DNA from: Promethearchaeota archaeon
GTDB taxonomy: Archaea > Asgardarchaeota > Lokiarchaeia > Sigyniarchaeales > SOKP01
Reading direction: 5' to 3'
Length of the DNA stretch: 48,207 bases
Assembly (NCBI GenBank): GCA_048940925.1
Contig: JBHLOC010000032.1
Span: 1 to 48,207 of the forward strand
In this document: positions 10,174-19,822 of the stretch, piece by piece
Position numbering within the stretch: the stretch's first letter is position 1
How the letters are laid out: each line of letters opens with the position of its first letter
Notes under the pieces: generated by a model
What the model saw: the letters and a program-made list of their open reading frames with translations, nothing else
Databases searched by the model: none
What the model was told of the DNA's origin: nothing
Position numbers and translations under genes: made by a program

Positions 10174-13100
10174 TTGGTTTTGAAATTGAAAGATCTTTTA
10201 AAATCCTTTAATCTCTCTGAGGAAGCAATAAAGATATATCTTGAGTGTGCTGGGGATATTCCATATACTTTCAGGGAATTTCAGAAAATCATACCAGATT
10301 CTTCTGAAGAAAAAGTTAAGGAGATCCTAGAGGAGTTGATTGAAAAAAAATTAGTTTTATTAATCACTCCAAAATATTCAGAATCCATTCCTCATTATAT
10401 AATTATTCCACCATTCTCGGCAATATTGAATAGTATTATAGAATTAACTAATATTCCTGAAGATGAGAATATTGAAGACACAAAAAGAAATCCTCAACTA
10501 GATAAATTTCAGGATGATTTATATAAAGATCTTGAAATAATTAGTCAAGAATTAATTGATGCTATTGGTTCCCAAGAAAATTCGAATCAAACGACGGAAA
10601 TCTTGTCTGAGGTTGAAGGAAATGTAAAAAAATTCGGTCAAATAATATTAAACGATGTCATTGAAATGATCTCCCAGCTTAAAAGACAATACACATTCGA
10701 TGGGGATGATCTTAAAGTATTAATTAATTCAGTCAAAGAAAAAATTACTGAGTCTGAAGAAATTGTCGCTAATATGTTTTCTCAATTTAGAAATATTGTT
10801 AATGAAATGAGTTCTCCTGATACAATCAGTCAGGTTGAAGCCTTTAAAACATTTATAAGAAAATTGGGTGAATCAATTGATAAAAGAACACAAGAACTAT
10901 CTCTTGGTAGGGGATCTCTTCCTCAAAATAAAATTGATGATATTGAAAATTCATTATATAGCGCTATTTCAAATTACATCAGTAAAAATAAAGATTCCTT
11001 GAAAAAATTTTGGAGTATTAATAGTGTTGAAAAAATAAAAGAAATACTTTCCGTACTTTTAGAAAAATGTACAGATGATTTAACTATCATCGTTCCTAAT
11101 ATAGAATATTTTATACCTTTAGAGAAATTTAATTTGGATTATTCAGAAGATCTTAGTGAAGTTCACAAAAATCAAAATTCTACATCCAAAAAGTCCCTTG
11201 CAAAAAAATCCTTGAATTCAAGACCATCAATCACTAAAAAACAAAAAAAAGAGCTCACAGAAAAATTTGACCTTGCAGCTAAAAAGGTAGCAGAGCTAAA
11301 GGGTTTTGAATTAAGTCATAATATTACTGACCTTTTAGCATTTATTTCTGAAATCAATCCAGATTCTACTGTTATTGAAAGCATACAAGGGTGGTTAAAT
11401 AGGCTTTTAATTATCAGGAAGCATCTTGATTCGAATACTCAATATTTACTTTTAGAAGCTATTGAAAAATGGAAAAAAGACTACTATAAAGTTAAGAAAA
11501 AGGAAGAACAACCGGAAGCAGAATTAGTTGATGAGTCGAATGCTAAGTTATCTGAAAAAAAATCTTTAATAGAAAAAGATAAAGGAGAAGGAATTCCTGC
11601 TACAGGATTGTCTATAAAAATAATTGCTTCAGATTCTCATGATAATAAACATGCTCTTGCATTCTCTAATAAGGTGAATATTGAGTATCGTCAGCTTAAA
11701 AACAATGACTTCTTAGCTGTTATAGGTGATAATTCATATTTAATCTTTGGAATTTGTCTTAAAACTAGTAATAAATCAAAGTTTGAAATAAGTGGCTTTT
11801 TTTCAACTTATAAACCTTTAATTGAATTAGTAAAACCCTTGATTGCTGAACAAATTAATAATGCAAAATTGCCTAAGGAAATTGAAATCAATAGGGATTT
11901 TAATGAAATTATCGAAAATATAAATGATTTTACAGGTAGAAAAATTAGTAAGAAACTGAAAAGGTTAATAGATGTTGCTTTTGAAAAAGATGGAATCTCT
12001 CTTAATATTTTAGAGTTAAAATTATTAACAGGGAAACTAGAAAAACTGTACACCCCATTGAATGATGAAATGAAAAAATATGTAATAAAAGAACTAGATC
12101 AATTGAATAACGAGTTTTCTACTTTGGAATTAGAATATCCTCCAGAATTTAGACCACCAATTGTGGAAGAAGAAAAAGGAGACTTAGAGCAAGAGATGAA
12201 ATTTGATGAAATTGAGATTGAACCAGTTGAAACAGAGAAAATCAATAATTTATTTGAAATTCTTATTGAAAAAGTTGATGAACTTAAAGGAGTAGAAATT
12301 GGAGAACAAATCGATAAATTTATTGAAATAATCTTAAAATTACAAGGATTTTCAAATATCATCAAATGGAAGGATACTTTAGCAACAGTTAATGAAACAC
12401 TAGAGGAACCGTTTAAAGAAAAATTAAAGGAAGATCTTCAACGTTGGAAACTATGCATATTAAAGCAAGCATTATCTCCCTCCCAACCATTAAAAGAAAA
12501 ACATCCTGAAAATTATGAAGATTCATATAGTACATCACCACAAGAAAGTACATTCTCAATTTTAGAGGAAACATATATAAGCCCAGGGTTAACTCAATCA
12601 CAGTTTCCAGCTGAAGAAGAATCTCATTCAGTTGGTATTGAAGGAAAAAAAGATCCTAAAACAGAAATGAAAGAATTATTTAAAGAAATCCAAACAAAAC
12701 TAGGAGAGCTAAGTGGCACTGAAATTAGTAAAAAATTACAGAATATTGTTGATGTTATATTGGAAACAGAGGGTTATTCTATTGCACTCAAAGGAATAAA
12801 AGATTGGATAAGTAAACTTCGGATGATTAGAGGGTTACTTGAAAGCGAAATTAAAGAGGATTTTGATTTAGAATTTCAAAAGTGGAAAGAAAAGTATTCT
12901 GCTGAAGAAAATAGAATTAATTTAAATTTCAGTCCATCATTAGAAGTAGCAGGAGATAGTACGGTAGAAACTGAAGATGGAATTGGAGTATCTTTGGATG
13001 ATAGATTCAATAGTCTAATTCAAAATGTTCATAACCTCAAAGGTGATGAATTAAGCAATGAGTTACAGGGTGTTGCTGATGTGTTGTTACAATCCCATGG

Positions 13101-13227
13101 AGCAGTAGCAGTTAATGTAATAAGACAATGGATAAGTAAATTGAGATCTATAAAAGAGCTATTAGGAGATGAAATAAAAGAAGAATTTTTAGCTGAACTA
13201 GAAATTTGGAAGGAAAAATATTCTTAA
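10174..13227 (+). CDS. Large TrmB-like protein: N-terminal wHTH, helical region, PLD-fold-like segment and five ~78-aa helical repeats
   Basis: LKSFNLSEEAIKIYL...LEELIEKKLV...PP TrmB-type HTH; LTIIVP / IKIIAS / FLAVIGDNSYLIFG strands; recurring ELxGxEIS...WISKLR...WKEKY unit; TTG start. Confidence 0.55.
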   Translation: MVLKLKDLLKSFNLSEEAIKIYLECAGDIPYTFREFQKIIPDSSEEKVKEILEELIEKKLVLLITPKYSESIPHYIIIPPFSAILNSIIELTNIPEDENIEDTKRNPQLDKFQDDLYKDLEIISQELIDAIGSQENSNQTTEILSEVEGNVKKFGQIILNDVIEMISQLKRQYTFDGDDLKVLINSVKEKITESEEIVANMFSQFRNIVNEMSSPDTISQVEAFKTFIRKLGESIDKRTQELSLGRGSLPQNKIDDIENSLYSAISNYISKNKDSLKKFWSINSVEKIKEILSVLLEKCTDDLTIIVPNIEYFIPLEKFNLDYSEDLSEVHKNQNSTSKKSLAKKSLNSRPSITKKQKKELTEKFDLAAKKVAELKGFELSHNITDLLAFISEINPDSTVIESIQGWLNRLLIIRKHLDSNTQYLLLEAIEKWKKDYYKVKKKEEQPEAELVDESNAKLSEKKSLIEKDKGEGIPATGLSIKIIASDSHDNKHALAFSNKVNIEYRQLKNNDFLAVIGDNSYLIFGICLKTSNKSKFEISGFFSTYKPLIELVKPLIAEQINNAKLPKEIEINRDFNEIIENINDFTGRKISKKLKRLIDVAFEKDGISLNILELKLLTGKLEKLYTPLNDEMKKYVIKELDQLNNEFSTLELEYPPEFRPPIVEEEKGDLEQEMKFDEIEIEPVETEKINNLFEILIEKVDELKGVEIGEQIDKFIEIILKLQGFSNIIKWKDTLATVNETLEEPFKEKLKEDLQRWKLCILKQALSPSQPLKEKHPENYEDSYSTSPQESTFSILEETYISPGLTQSQFPAEEESHSVGIEGKKDPKTEMKELFKEIQTKLGELSGTEISKKLQNIVDVILETEGYSIALKGIKDWISKLRMIRGLLESEIKEDFDLEFQKWKEKYSAEENRINLNFSPSLEVAGDSTVETEDGIGVSLDDRFNSLIQNVHNLKGDELSNELQGVADVLLQSHGAVAVNVIRQWISKLRSIKELLGDEIKEEFLAELEIWKEKYS

Positions 13228-13370
13228 ATTAGCTAACTAAACCTTTAACATGACACAGATTTTCTAAGAAAAATCCAGATATTTTTAAAATAATAGAAAT
13301 AATTATTATTTTAATATTAATAATATGTTTTTTATAGCACTTATATAATCCTAAGTTAAAATGATTAAGA

Positions 13371-15215
13371 ATGACTGATCCAAATGCGATTGAGAATAAT
13401 CCTTTTAAGGAATTGGGAGCAATTCCAGAACTCAAGTATTCTGGCGAATATGAAATCCAAAACATCTTTATAACTGTAAGAGATGGAATAAAAATTGCCG
13501 CAACCATTGTTCTTCCTAAAGATTTACCTCAAGACACAAAAATACCTACTGTTTTAACCCAAACACGATACTGGCGAGCTCGACGATTGAGAATTCCTTT
13601 CAGATGGATATTGGATGAATTATCGACCGATATACCAAATCCTGAAATTATCACTAGTCGTGGTTATGCATATATCATCACGGATGTAAGAGGAACTGGA
13701 GCATCTTTCGGTACTAGAATTATTCCATTTTCCGACGAAGAAGTGAAAGATGGCGCTGACATTGTTGACTGGATTATAAAACAACCTTGGTCGGATGGTA
13801 ATGTGGTTGCTAAAGGAATTTCATATACAGGAACCTCCGCAGAATTGTTAGCTTCCAACAATCATCCTGCAATTAAAGCTGTGATTCCCGGTCACGGTTT
13901 TTGGGATCCATATACCGATGTTGCGTTCCCTGGAGGTGTATATGATAATGCGTTCATGCAATTATGGTCATTTCTAGGAAGAAATCTAGATCTAAATAAT
14001 CCTAAAGTCTTCAGAGAAATAATGCCAGAAGCTTGGCTATTTGTAGAAAACGTTCAACCCGTCGATAGCGATATAAGTCTCATTCAATTAAATAAAGTTG
14101 TTGAAATTCATAAACAAAATCAGTATGTACATGAAAATACCATTGATAAAGATTATAGGGATGATAAATTACCAAGAGGACAATCAATTTACGACGTTAG
14201 TGTCTTCAAGCGTCAAAAACTTATTGAAAAGTCGGGAATTCCAATATTAGCATGGTGTTCATGGTATGATTCAGGATATGTGGATGCAATTATTCACCGT
14301 TTTATTAATTACAATAATCCTATTATCGCTATTCTTGGTGATTGGACTCATGGAGCACATGAAGAAGCGAATCAATTCTTTCCCGAAAGAAATGAAGTTT
14401 GTCCATCTCCAAGAGAGAGAATACATACTTGGATGAATTTCTTTGATATATGCATCTTTGGTGAAGGTTGGAATAAAAGAGTCTTATATTATTATACAAT
14501 GGTAGAAGAACAATGGAAAAAAACTACAGTATGGCCCCCTAAAGGTCATAAATATCAACGTTGGTATTTTTCAGAAAATTTGACAATAACTAGAAACGAG
14601 CCGAATGAAAATATTGGAAAGGATGACTATAAAATAAATTTTAGAGCAACAACAAAAAGGAATAATCGATGGTGGGCTTTATTAGCATTTCCTATCATCT
14701 ATAATGATAGAGATAAGATGGATGAAAAACTTTTATGTTATAATAGTATTCCCTTCCAAGAAGATGTAGAAATTACAGGTCAGGTGATAGTATGCTTGTA
14801 TTTATCATCATCTCATGAAGATGGAGCAATTTTTATATATCTTGAAGATATTGATGAAAACGGAAATGTAATATATATTACCGATGGAGAATTTAGACTC
14901 ATTCACAGGAAGATTTCAGATAAAAAACATCCCTATAATTTACTTATCCCTTATCACACTTATGAAAAAGAAGATGCTGCTCCTCTAACTCCTGAAGAAA
15001 TCACAGAAATAAAATTTAGTATGCATACTACATCAGTATTAATCAAGAAAGGACATCGAATTAGAATTGCTATAGCAGGGGGAGATAAAGACACCTTTAA
15101 AAAGTATCCCAAGGACGGCAGACCAGTGATTTCAATTTCACGAAACAACTTGCACGCTTCATATATCGATATCCCAATTATAAAGAATGAGAATAAAACA
15201 AAAGGAGGAAGATAA
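13371..15215 (+). CDS. CocE/NonD family serine hydrolase (peptidase S15-like)
   Basis: VRDGIKIA, TRYWR, DVRGTGASFG, QPWSDGNV, nucleophile elbow GISYTG, GDWTHG, KKGHRIRIAI. Confidence 0.93.
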   Translation: MTDPNAIENNPFKELGAIPELKYSGEYEIQNIFITVRDGIKIAATIVLPKDLPQDTKIPTVLTQTRYWRARRLRIPFRWILDELSTDIPNPEIITSRGYAYIITDVRGTGASFGTRIIPFSDEEVKDGADIVDWIIKQPWSDGNVVAKGISYTGTSAELLASNNHPAIKAVIPGHGFWDPYTDVAFPGGVYDNAFMQLWSFLGRNLDLNNPKVFREIMPEAWLFVENVQPVDSDISLIQLNKVVEIHKQNQYVHENTIDKDYRDDKLPRGQSIYDVSVFKRQKLIEKSGIPILAWCSWYDSGYVDAIIHRFINYNNPIIAILGDWTHGAHEEANQFFPERNEVCPSPRERIHTWMNFFDICIFGEGWNKRVLYYYTMVEEQWKKTTVWPPKGHKYQRWYFSENLTITRNEPNENIGKDDYKINFRATTKRNNRWWALLAFPIIYNDRDKMDEKLLCYNSIPFQEDVEITGQVIVCLYLSSSHEDGAIFIYLEDIDENGNVIYITDGEFRLIHRKISDKKHPYNLLIPYHTYEKEDAAPLTPEEITEIKFSMHTTSVLIKKGHRIRIAIAGGDKDTFKKYPKDGRPVISISRNNLHASYIDIPIIKNENKTKGGR

Positions 15216-15217
15216 TA

Positions 15218-15577
15218 ATGGAAGAAATAATTCCACTTTTAAAAGATATGTTAAAGGAAGCGATTAAGATTAATTTTGATGAATCGAATCTAACAATAAC
15301 ATTACATATTAAATCTAAAGTACGTGGAAATCTCGCTACTCCTGAAGAGATTCTCGTGATGCTTAAGATGTTTGGTGGAATGAAAGAAAAAATACCGATG
15401 GATATTTCAATTAATAGCGAAATCCAAACAATTAATTTGAAATTGCAGAATTCAAATGATTTTACAAAACTAAAGGAAATTATGGATACAATCTGGGATG
15501 ACGCTGTTAACATGCTCAAAAGCGTTATGGAGGGAGATTTTACTCCCATTAAAGATATACCTAATATTGATGATTAA
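15218..15577 (+). CDS. Hypothetical protein, translationally coupled to the CocE/NonD gene
   Basis: 119-aa ORF starting 2 nt after the upstream stop; GGAGG SD-like motif just upstream. Confidence 0.7.
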   Translation: MEEIIPLLKDMLKEAIKINFDESNLTITLHIKSKVRGNLATPEEILVMLKMFGGMKEKIPMDISINSEIQTINLKLQNSNDFTKLKEIMDTIWDDAVNMLKSVMEGDFTPIKDIPNIDD

Positions 15578-15702
15578 TCTCTTTATTTTTTTTACTATTC
15601 TTAGTAAGTTCAATTTTATCTTTTAGATTAAAAGAGTAATTAAGATACTATTTCAATTTTTATCTTAATTTTTATCTTTAATAGCCTTAGTTTTAAAAAG
15701 TA

Positions 15703-16851
15703 TTAATAAAAAGGATTGTGATATTTTGGATCTTTTTTCTTATATAAAGTCTTTAATTTAATTTCTTTATCTATAAGACCTTCAATATGGCATAGGTATT
15801 CATACTCATCTTTTAAACATAATGTAATAGCAACACCTTTTTTATTCATCCTTGATGTACGCCCTATTCGATGTACATAATTATCTGGAAACTTTGGCAC
15901 ATCATAATTTATAACATGAGAAATATTTTCTATATCAAGACCCCTAGCTGCTACATCAGTAGCTATAAGTAAATTAATTTTATGGGTCCTAAACTGATGT
16001 AATATTTTTTCTCTCTGAAATTGTGTTAATTTGCCTGAAATGATGCCTACTCTAAATTGAAAATCTCTTTGGGATTTTAGTTTCTTAAACAGCCAAGATG
16101 CGGTTTTTCTCGTATTTACAAACACTAATACATGTTTAGGGTTTTCTTTCTTTAAGATTTTTATAAATGTTCTGAATTTTTCTTGATACCGATCAATTAA
16201 GTAATAAAACTGCCTAGTATTTCCGACAGTTAAACTATCTCGACTTAAATTTAAAAATTCAAATTTATTTTTTGTATATTTTTTAACTAATTGTCGCATA
16301 TCATAATCCAAAGTTGCTGAAAACAACATAAATTGGTATTCTGTGTGAATCTTACTCAAAATATATTTCACATCTGGGGCAAAACCCATATCCCATAAGC
16401 GATCTCCCTCATCTAAAACAACAAATCGAATATTTCTGAAGGAAAGTTCCTTTCTTTTAAAAAGATCAATAACTCTACCCGGTGTTCCTACAATGATATG
16501 AACGCCATTCTCTAATTTCTGAATTTGGTTATTAATAGAAACACCGCCATATATGGTCATTGATTTAACTCTTGGATTTCTTAAATCCTTGATAACAGTA
16601 TTAATCTGTTTGGCAAGTTCTCTGGTCGGAACTAAAATCAAGACTTCATTATTTATATATTTTAACTGCTCAAAAATGGGTAATAAAAAAGCTAAAGTTT
16701 TTCCAGTACCCGTTTTAGATTGAGTCATTAAATGATGGCCCTCTATAATTAGAGGGATCGCTTTTTTTTGAACAGGTGTAGGATATATAATATTTAATTC
16801 TTTTAAAGCGAAAGTGTTTCTTTCGCTAATACCTAAATCTTCAAAACTCAA
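15703..16851 (-). CDS. DEAD-box RNA helicase (DEGD variant, minimal core)
   Basis: Q motif PTPVQ, SKTGTGKT, PTRELA, GTPGR, DEGD, SAT, ARGLD, HRIGRTSR. Confidence 0.95.
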   Translation of the reverse strand: MSFEDLGISERNTFALKELNIIYPTPVQKKAIPLIIEGHHLMTQSKTGTGKTLAFLLPIFEQLKYINNEVLILVPTRELAKQINTVIKDLRNPRVKSMTIYGGVSINNQIQKLENGVHIIVGTPGRVIDLFKRKELSFRNIRFVVLDEGDRLWDMGFAPDVKYILSKIHTEYQFMLFSATLDYDMRQLVKKYTKNKFEFLNLSRDSLTVGNTRQFYYLIDRYQEKFRTFIKILKKENPKHVLVFVNTRKTASWLFKKLKSQRDFQFRVGIISGKLTQFQREKILHQFRTHKINLLIATDVAARGLDIENISHVINYDVPKFPDNYVHRIGRTSRMNKKGVAITLCLKDEYEYLCHIEGLIDKEIKLKTLYKKKDPKYHNPFY

Positions 16852-16937
16852 TTTTAATATTCACTAACAACTTTCTTTTTTTACGCTCTTCTTCATTTAA
16901 GAAAATAATTTTATAAAGATAAAGTTTTATATTATAT

Positions 16938-19130
16938 TTATTCAAAAATCACTTGGTTAGTTAACTTATCCAATTTTATCAATTTCTGATTTATGATAAT
17001 CCTGACTTTTTTCGAATTAATTTTAGGATTATTTAGGAATAAATCTTGTACTATTGTGTGATATTTTTTTGCCTTCTTCGCTAATTCCTTATGCAACCCA
17101 TTATTTTTATTATAGAGAGGAATAGGGAAAATAAATGGCCTTTTATGAATATGCCTTGAACTTTTTACTAATTTAATATTTTTTGATAAAATAGGTGCAT
17201 TAAAAATAGCTGATAAGAAATTAGCTTCATTTTCAGAATCAGTAGAATAATAATAGTTTTCTGATCCAATAATAACTCTTTGTTCCTTATTATTTATCAC
17301 AGCAGATTTTAAATTCGAACCACTTGCATTGTAAACAACCAAATAAGATTTAGTATACACCTGTTTTTTTAATTTATCCCAATAATTCAAGTTTGCAAAT
17401 AATGTGTTGATATCGCTAGTTTCTTTTTTATGCCTTTGATAAAATGTATTTATCTCCTTGTAAAAACTCATTGCTCTTGGATATTTTTGAAGGAATAAAG
17501 GATCAAAATCAAATTGCTTATTGATTGGTAAAAAAACATCTTTTAAACTTTTAATATAAAAAGGAATGAGATCAATATTCAAAAATGATTTAAAATGAAA
17601 AATCTCTTCAAATTCTTTATCTTCAAAGGTATATTTCCAATTTTTTTTTGCTCTGGACATAACATCAGGATCAGAAGATACCACAAGAAATCCATCTTTT
17701 TTTTCTTTTATTTGGAAAAATACTAGTGTTCTAGGAACTAACGTAGCACCTTGGAAGAATTTATCTTTATAAGGGCTTTTTGCCATTTTATTAATTGCCT
17801 TTAATTGATTATTAGGCAGTAATAATTTTGCTCCATCTTCTTCAATTTTTAAACTTGAGTAGAATATTTCTTGGAGTAACTCTAATTTATCATTTAATAT
17901 CTTAGTTTTAATTGGATATTTTTGAAATATTGTGATTGGACTATCTGGACCAATATATTGAGCTTTCAGACAAACATGGTTAACATTAAAAAAGTAATTA
18001 TTAGGAAAATCCCAGATTTCCAAGTTTTTATTAAAAATTGAAAAAGCTCTAAACTTATAACAGTGGTCTCCATTCAATACACTCTTAGGCATTACAAAAA
18101 AAATAGTACCTCCCTTTTTTAAAAATTTTATAGGTATAGCATAAAAGAAAATTGTTGCTAATTCGATATGTGTAATATATTGGCTTAAAGGTTTTATTCC
18201 TAATTTATCAGATAATATCCGTATTTGGGATTGATATTCTTTATCAAACAAATCTTTATATGTGAGCCACGGAGGATTTCCTATCACTAAATCAAATGAA
18301 TTATACAGTTTATTAATTTCTTTATTTAATTGATTAGTACAATTATCTGGAAATAGAGAATCGCAGAGGTAAATATTGAGTTTTTGGAAATCTATATATT
18401 CTAATTTAAAATATTCTAAAAGAAATAAGGAGATGTTAACTTTTGTTGAAATAATGGCTAAAGGATTTATATCAAATCCAAAAACTTGATGAAAAGCTTT
18501 AAGTTTTGAAGAAAAAGAATTCTGGGATTCAAAAATCTTTAAGAGTATATTGACTATAAAACTCCCAGAACCACATGAAGGATCTAATATCTTTAAACCA
18601 AACTCATATACGTCTCCAACCATTTTTTTTACAAGGTGCAATGGTGTAAAGAATTCCCCCTTTTTATGTCTAATCTCAGAAATAAAGATTTGTTGATATA
18701 TTTCACTAAAAAGGTCTTCCTTAACAAATCTAGCGTTCTCAATTTTATCAAATATTTTACGATATAGTTGTTTTTCTATAGGCGCCCAAAAAAAATATTC
18801 GAATTCAAAGATTTTATATTTTTTTAACTCAATTTCGATATCTTTTTCATCTAAATCTTCAAAATTAAGATTTTTAATTAATTTTATTTTATGAAAGAAT
18901 AGAATCTTTAATAATTGAGTAAAATAAGTATGTTTAAGATATAATTCTAAAGAGACATTTTTGCCATAGATTTTATAGAATGCAATCTTCCACTTTTTAA
19001 AACTTTTTTCGAAATTCTTTTCGGAGATTGATTTCTTTTTAAAGTATCTAATAAATTCATTGTGGATATCTGAATCCAGTCCAAAAATCCTTGTTATTGT
19101 TTCGCAATTAACTATTTTTTCTTTTCCCAT
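16938..19130 (-). CDS. N6-adenine DNA methyltransferase (Type IIG/Eco57I-like MTase + TRD), no nuclease domain evident
   Basis: GEFFTP, LDPSCGSGSF (motif I), GFDINP, VIGNPPW (motif IV); C-terminal TRD-like region (EANFLSAIFNA). Confidence 0.88.
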   Translation of the reverse strand: MGKEKIVNCETITRIFGLDSDIHNEFIRYFKKKSISEKNFEKSFKKWKIAFYKIYGKNVSLELYLKHTYFTQLLKILFFHKIKLIKNLNFEDLDEKDIEIELKKYKIFEFEYFFWAPIEKQLYRKIFDKIENARFVKEDLFSEIYQQIFISEIRHKKGEFFTPLHLVKKMVGDVYEFGLKILDPSCGSGSFIVNILLKIFESQNSFSSKLKAFHQVFGFDINPLAIISTKVNISLFLLEYFKLEYIDFQKLNIYLCDSLFPDNCTNQLNKEINKLYNSFDLVIGNPPWLTYKDLFDKEYQSQIRILSDKLGIKPLSQYITHIELATIFFYAIPIKFLKKGGTIFFVMPKSVLNGDHCYKFRAFSIFNKNLEIWDFPNNYFFNVNHVCLKAQYIGPDSPITIFQKYPIKTKILNDKLELLQEIFYSSLKIEEDGAKLLLPNNQLKAINKMAKSPYKDKFFQGATLVPRTLVFFQIKEKKDGFLVVSSDPDVMSRAKKNWKYTFEDKEFEEIFHFKSFLNIDLIPFYIKSLKDVFLPINKQFDFDPLFLQKYPRAMSFYKEINTFYQRHKKETSDINTLFANLNYWDKLKKQVYTKSYLVVYNASGSNLKSAVINNKEQRVIIGSENYYYSTDSENEANFLSAIFNAPILSKNIKLVKSSRHIHKRPFIFPIPLYNKNNGLHKELAKKAKKYHTIVQDLFLNNPKINSKKVRIIINQKLIKLDKLTNQVIFE

Positions 19131-19179
19131 TTTAAAGATCTAGATTATCATATAAAAAAATTGAAGATAAAAAAGTAGC

Positions 19180-19719
19180 TTATTTTCTCATAAAGCTGGG
19201 CAGCATTAGTGAGAATATTTGTGAAATTTTCCTTAACTTTGATTTTTCTCTAACTGAGGTAACTATTAAAATTGCATTAGCTAATTCTTCTTTAACTAAA
19301 GAACTTCCTGCATAAACCGCTTGTTCACTATTAAACAATAAAAGAAATCTTACATTAGGATTATTAATCATACTAATTCCTTCTGTAAGCTTCAAATCGT
19401 CATATATAGGGCGATATTCTTTCGGAATATCTGCTCTATCGTTAGAAATAAGAATAATAGGTATTCCTCTTTGAACAAGTTTTTTCAATTCTTTAGCGTA
19501 AAAGTCATCAATCTTGGGAGTTACTATATTCAATTGTTCTTTTGTTGAATTAATTAAATTTAATATTTGATCGTTGAGAAAATTTTTTCTTGAAGGGTCA
19601 CCGGATGATTCAATGTCAAACATTCCCACTAAAGTTAAAATTTTATTTTCTAACGCAGTAATTTGTTCTTTAAGTCTTTTATTTTCGATTCTTAACTCAA
19701 GGACTCGAGGATCTGACAA
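19180..19719 (-). CDS. Coiled-coil + PLD-fold-like protein lacking the HKD motif
   Basis: Leucine-zipper N-terminus (LRIENKRLKEQITALENKIL); LINSTKEQLNIVTPKI, RGIPIILISN, and NVRFLLLFNSEQAVYAGSSL in place of HxKxxxxD...GSxN. Confidence 0.65.
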   Translation of the reverse strand: MSDPRVLELRIENKRLKEQITALENKILTLVGMFDIESSGDPSRKNFLNDQILNLINSTKEQLNIVTPKIDDFYAKELKKLVQRGIPIILISNDRADIPKEYRPIYDDLKLTEGISMINNPNVRFLLLFNSEQAVYAGSSLVKEELANAILIVTSVREKSKLRKISQIFSLMLPSFMRK

Positions 19720-19822
19720 TTTATATCAACTTCGCTCTTTTTTATTATTTTTATAATTATTGTAAATTAAATCACTATTATTAATTTTTATTCATAAAAT
19801 CCTTCTAATAATGATTATAAAA

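Noticed and set aside
11808-15549. Antisense ORFs inside the 1017-aa, CocE/NonD and 119-aa genes, including 13229-13507
   Set aside because: Overlap well-supported genes and have antisense-typical Ser/Ile/Phe-rich composition
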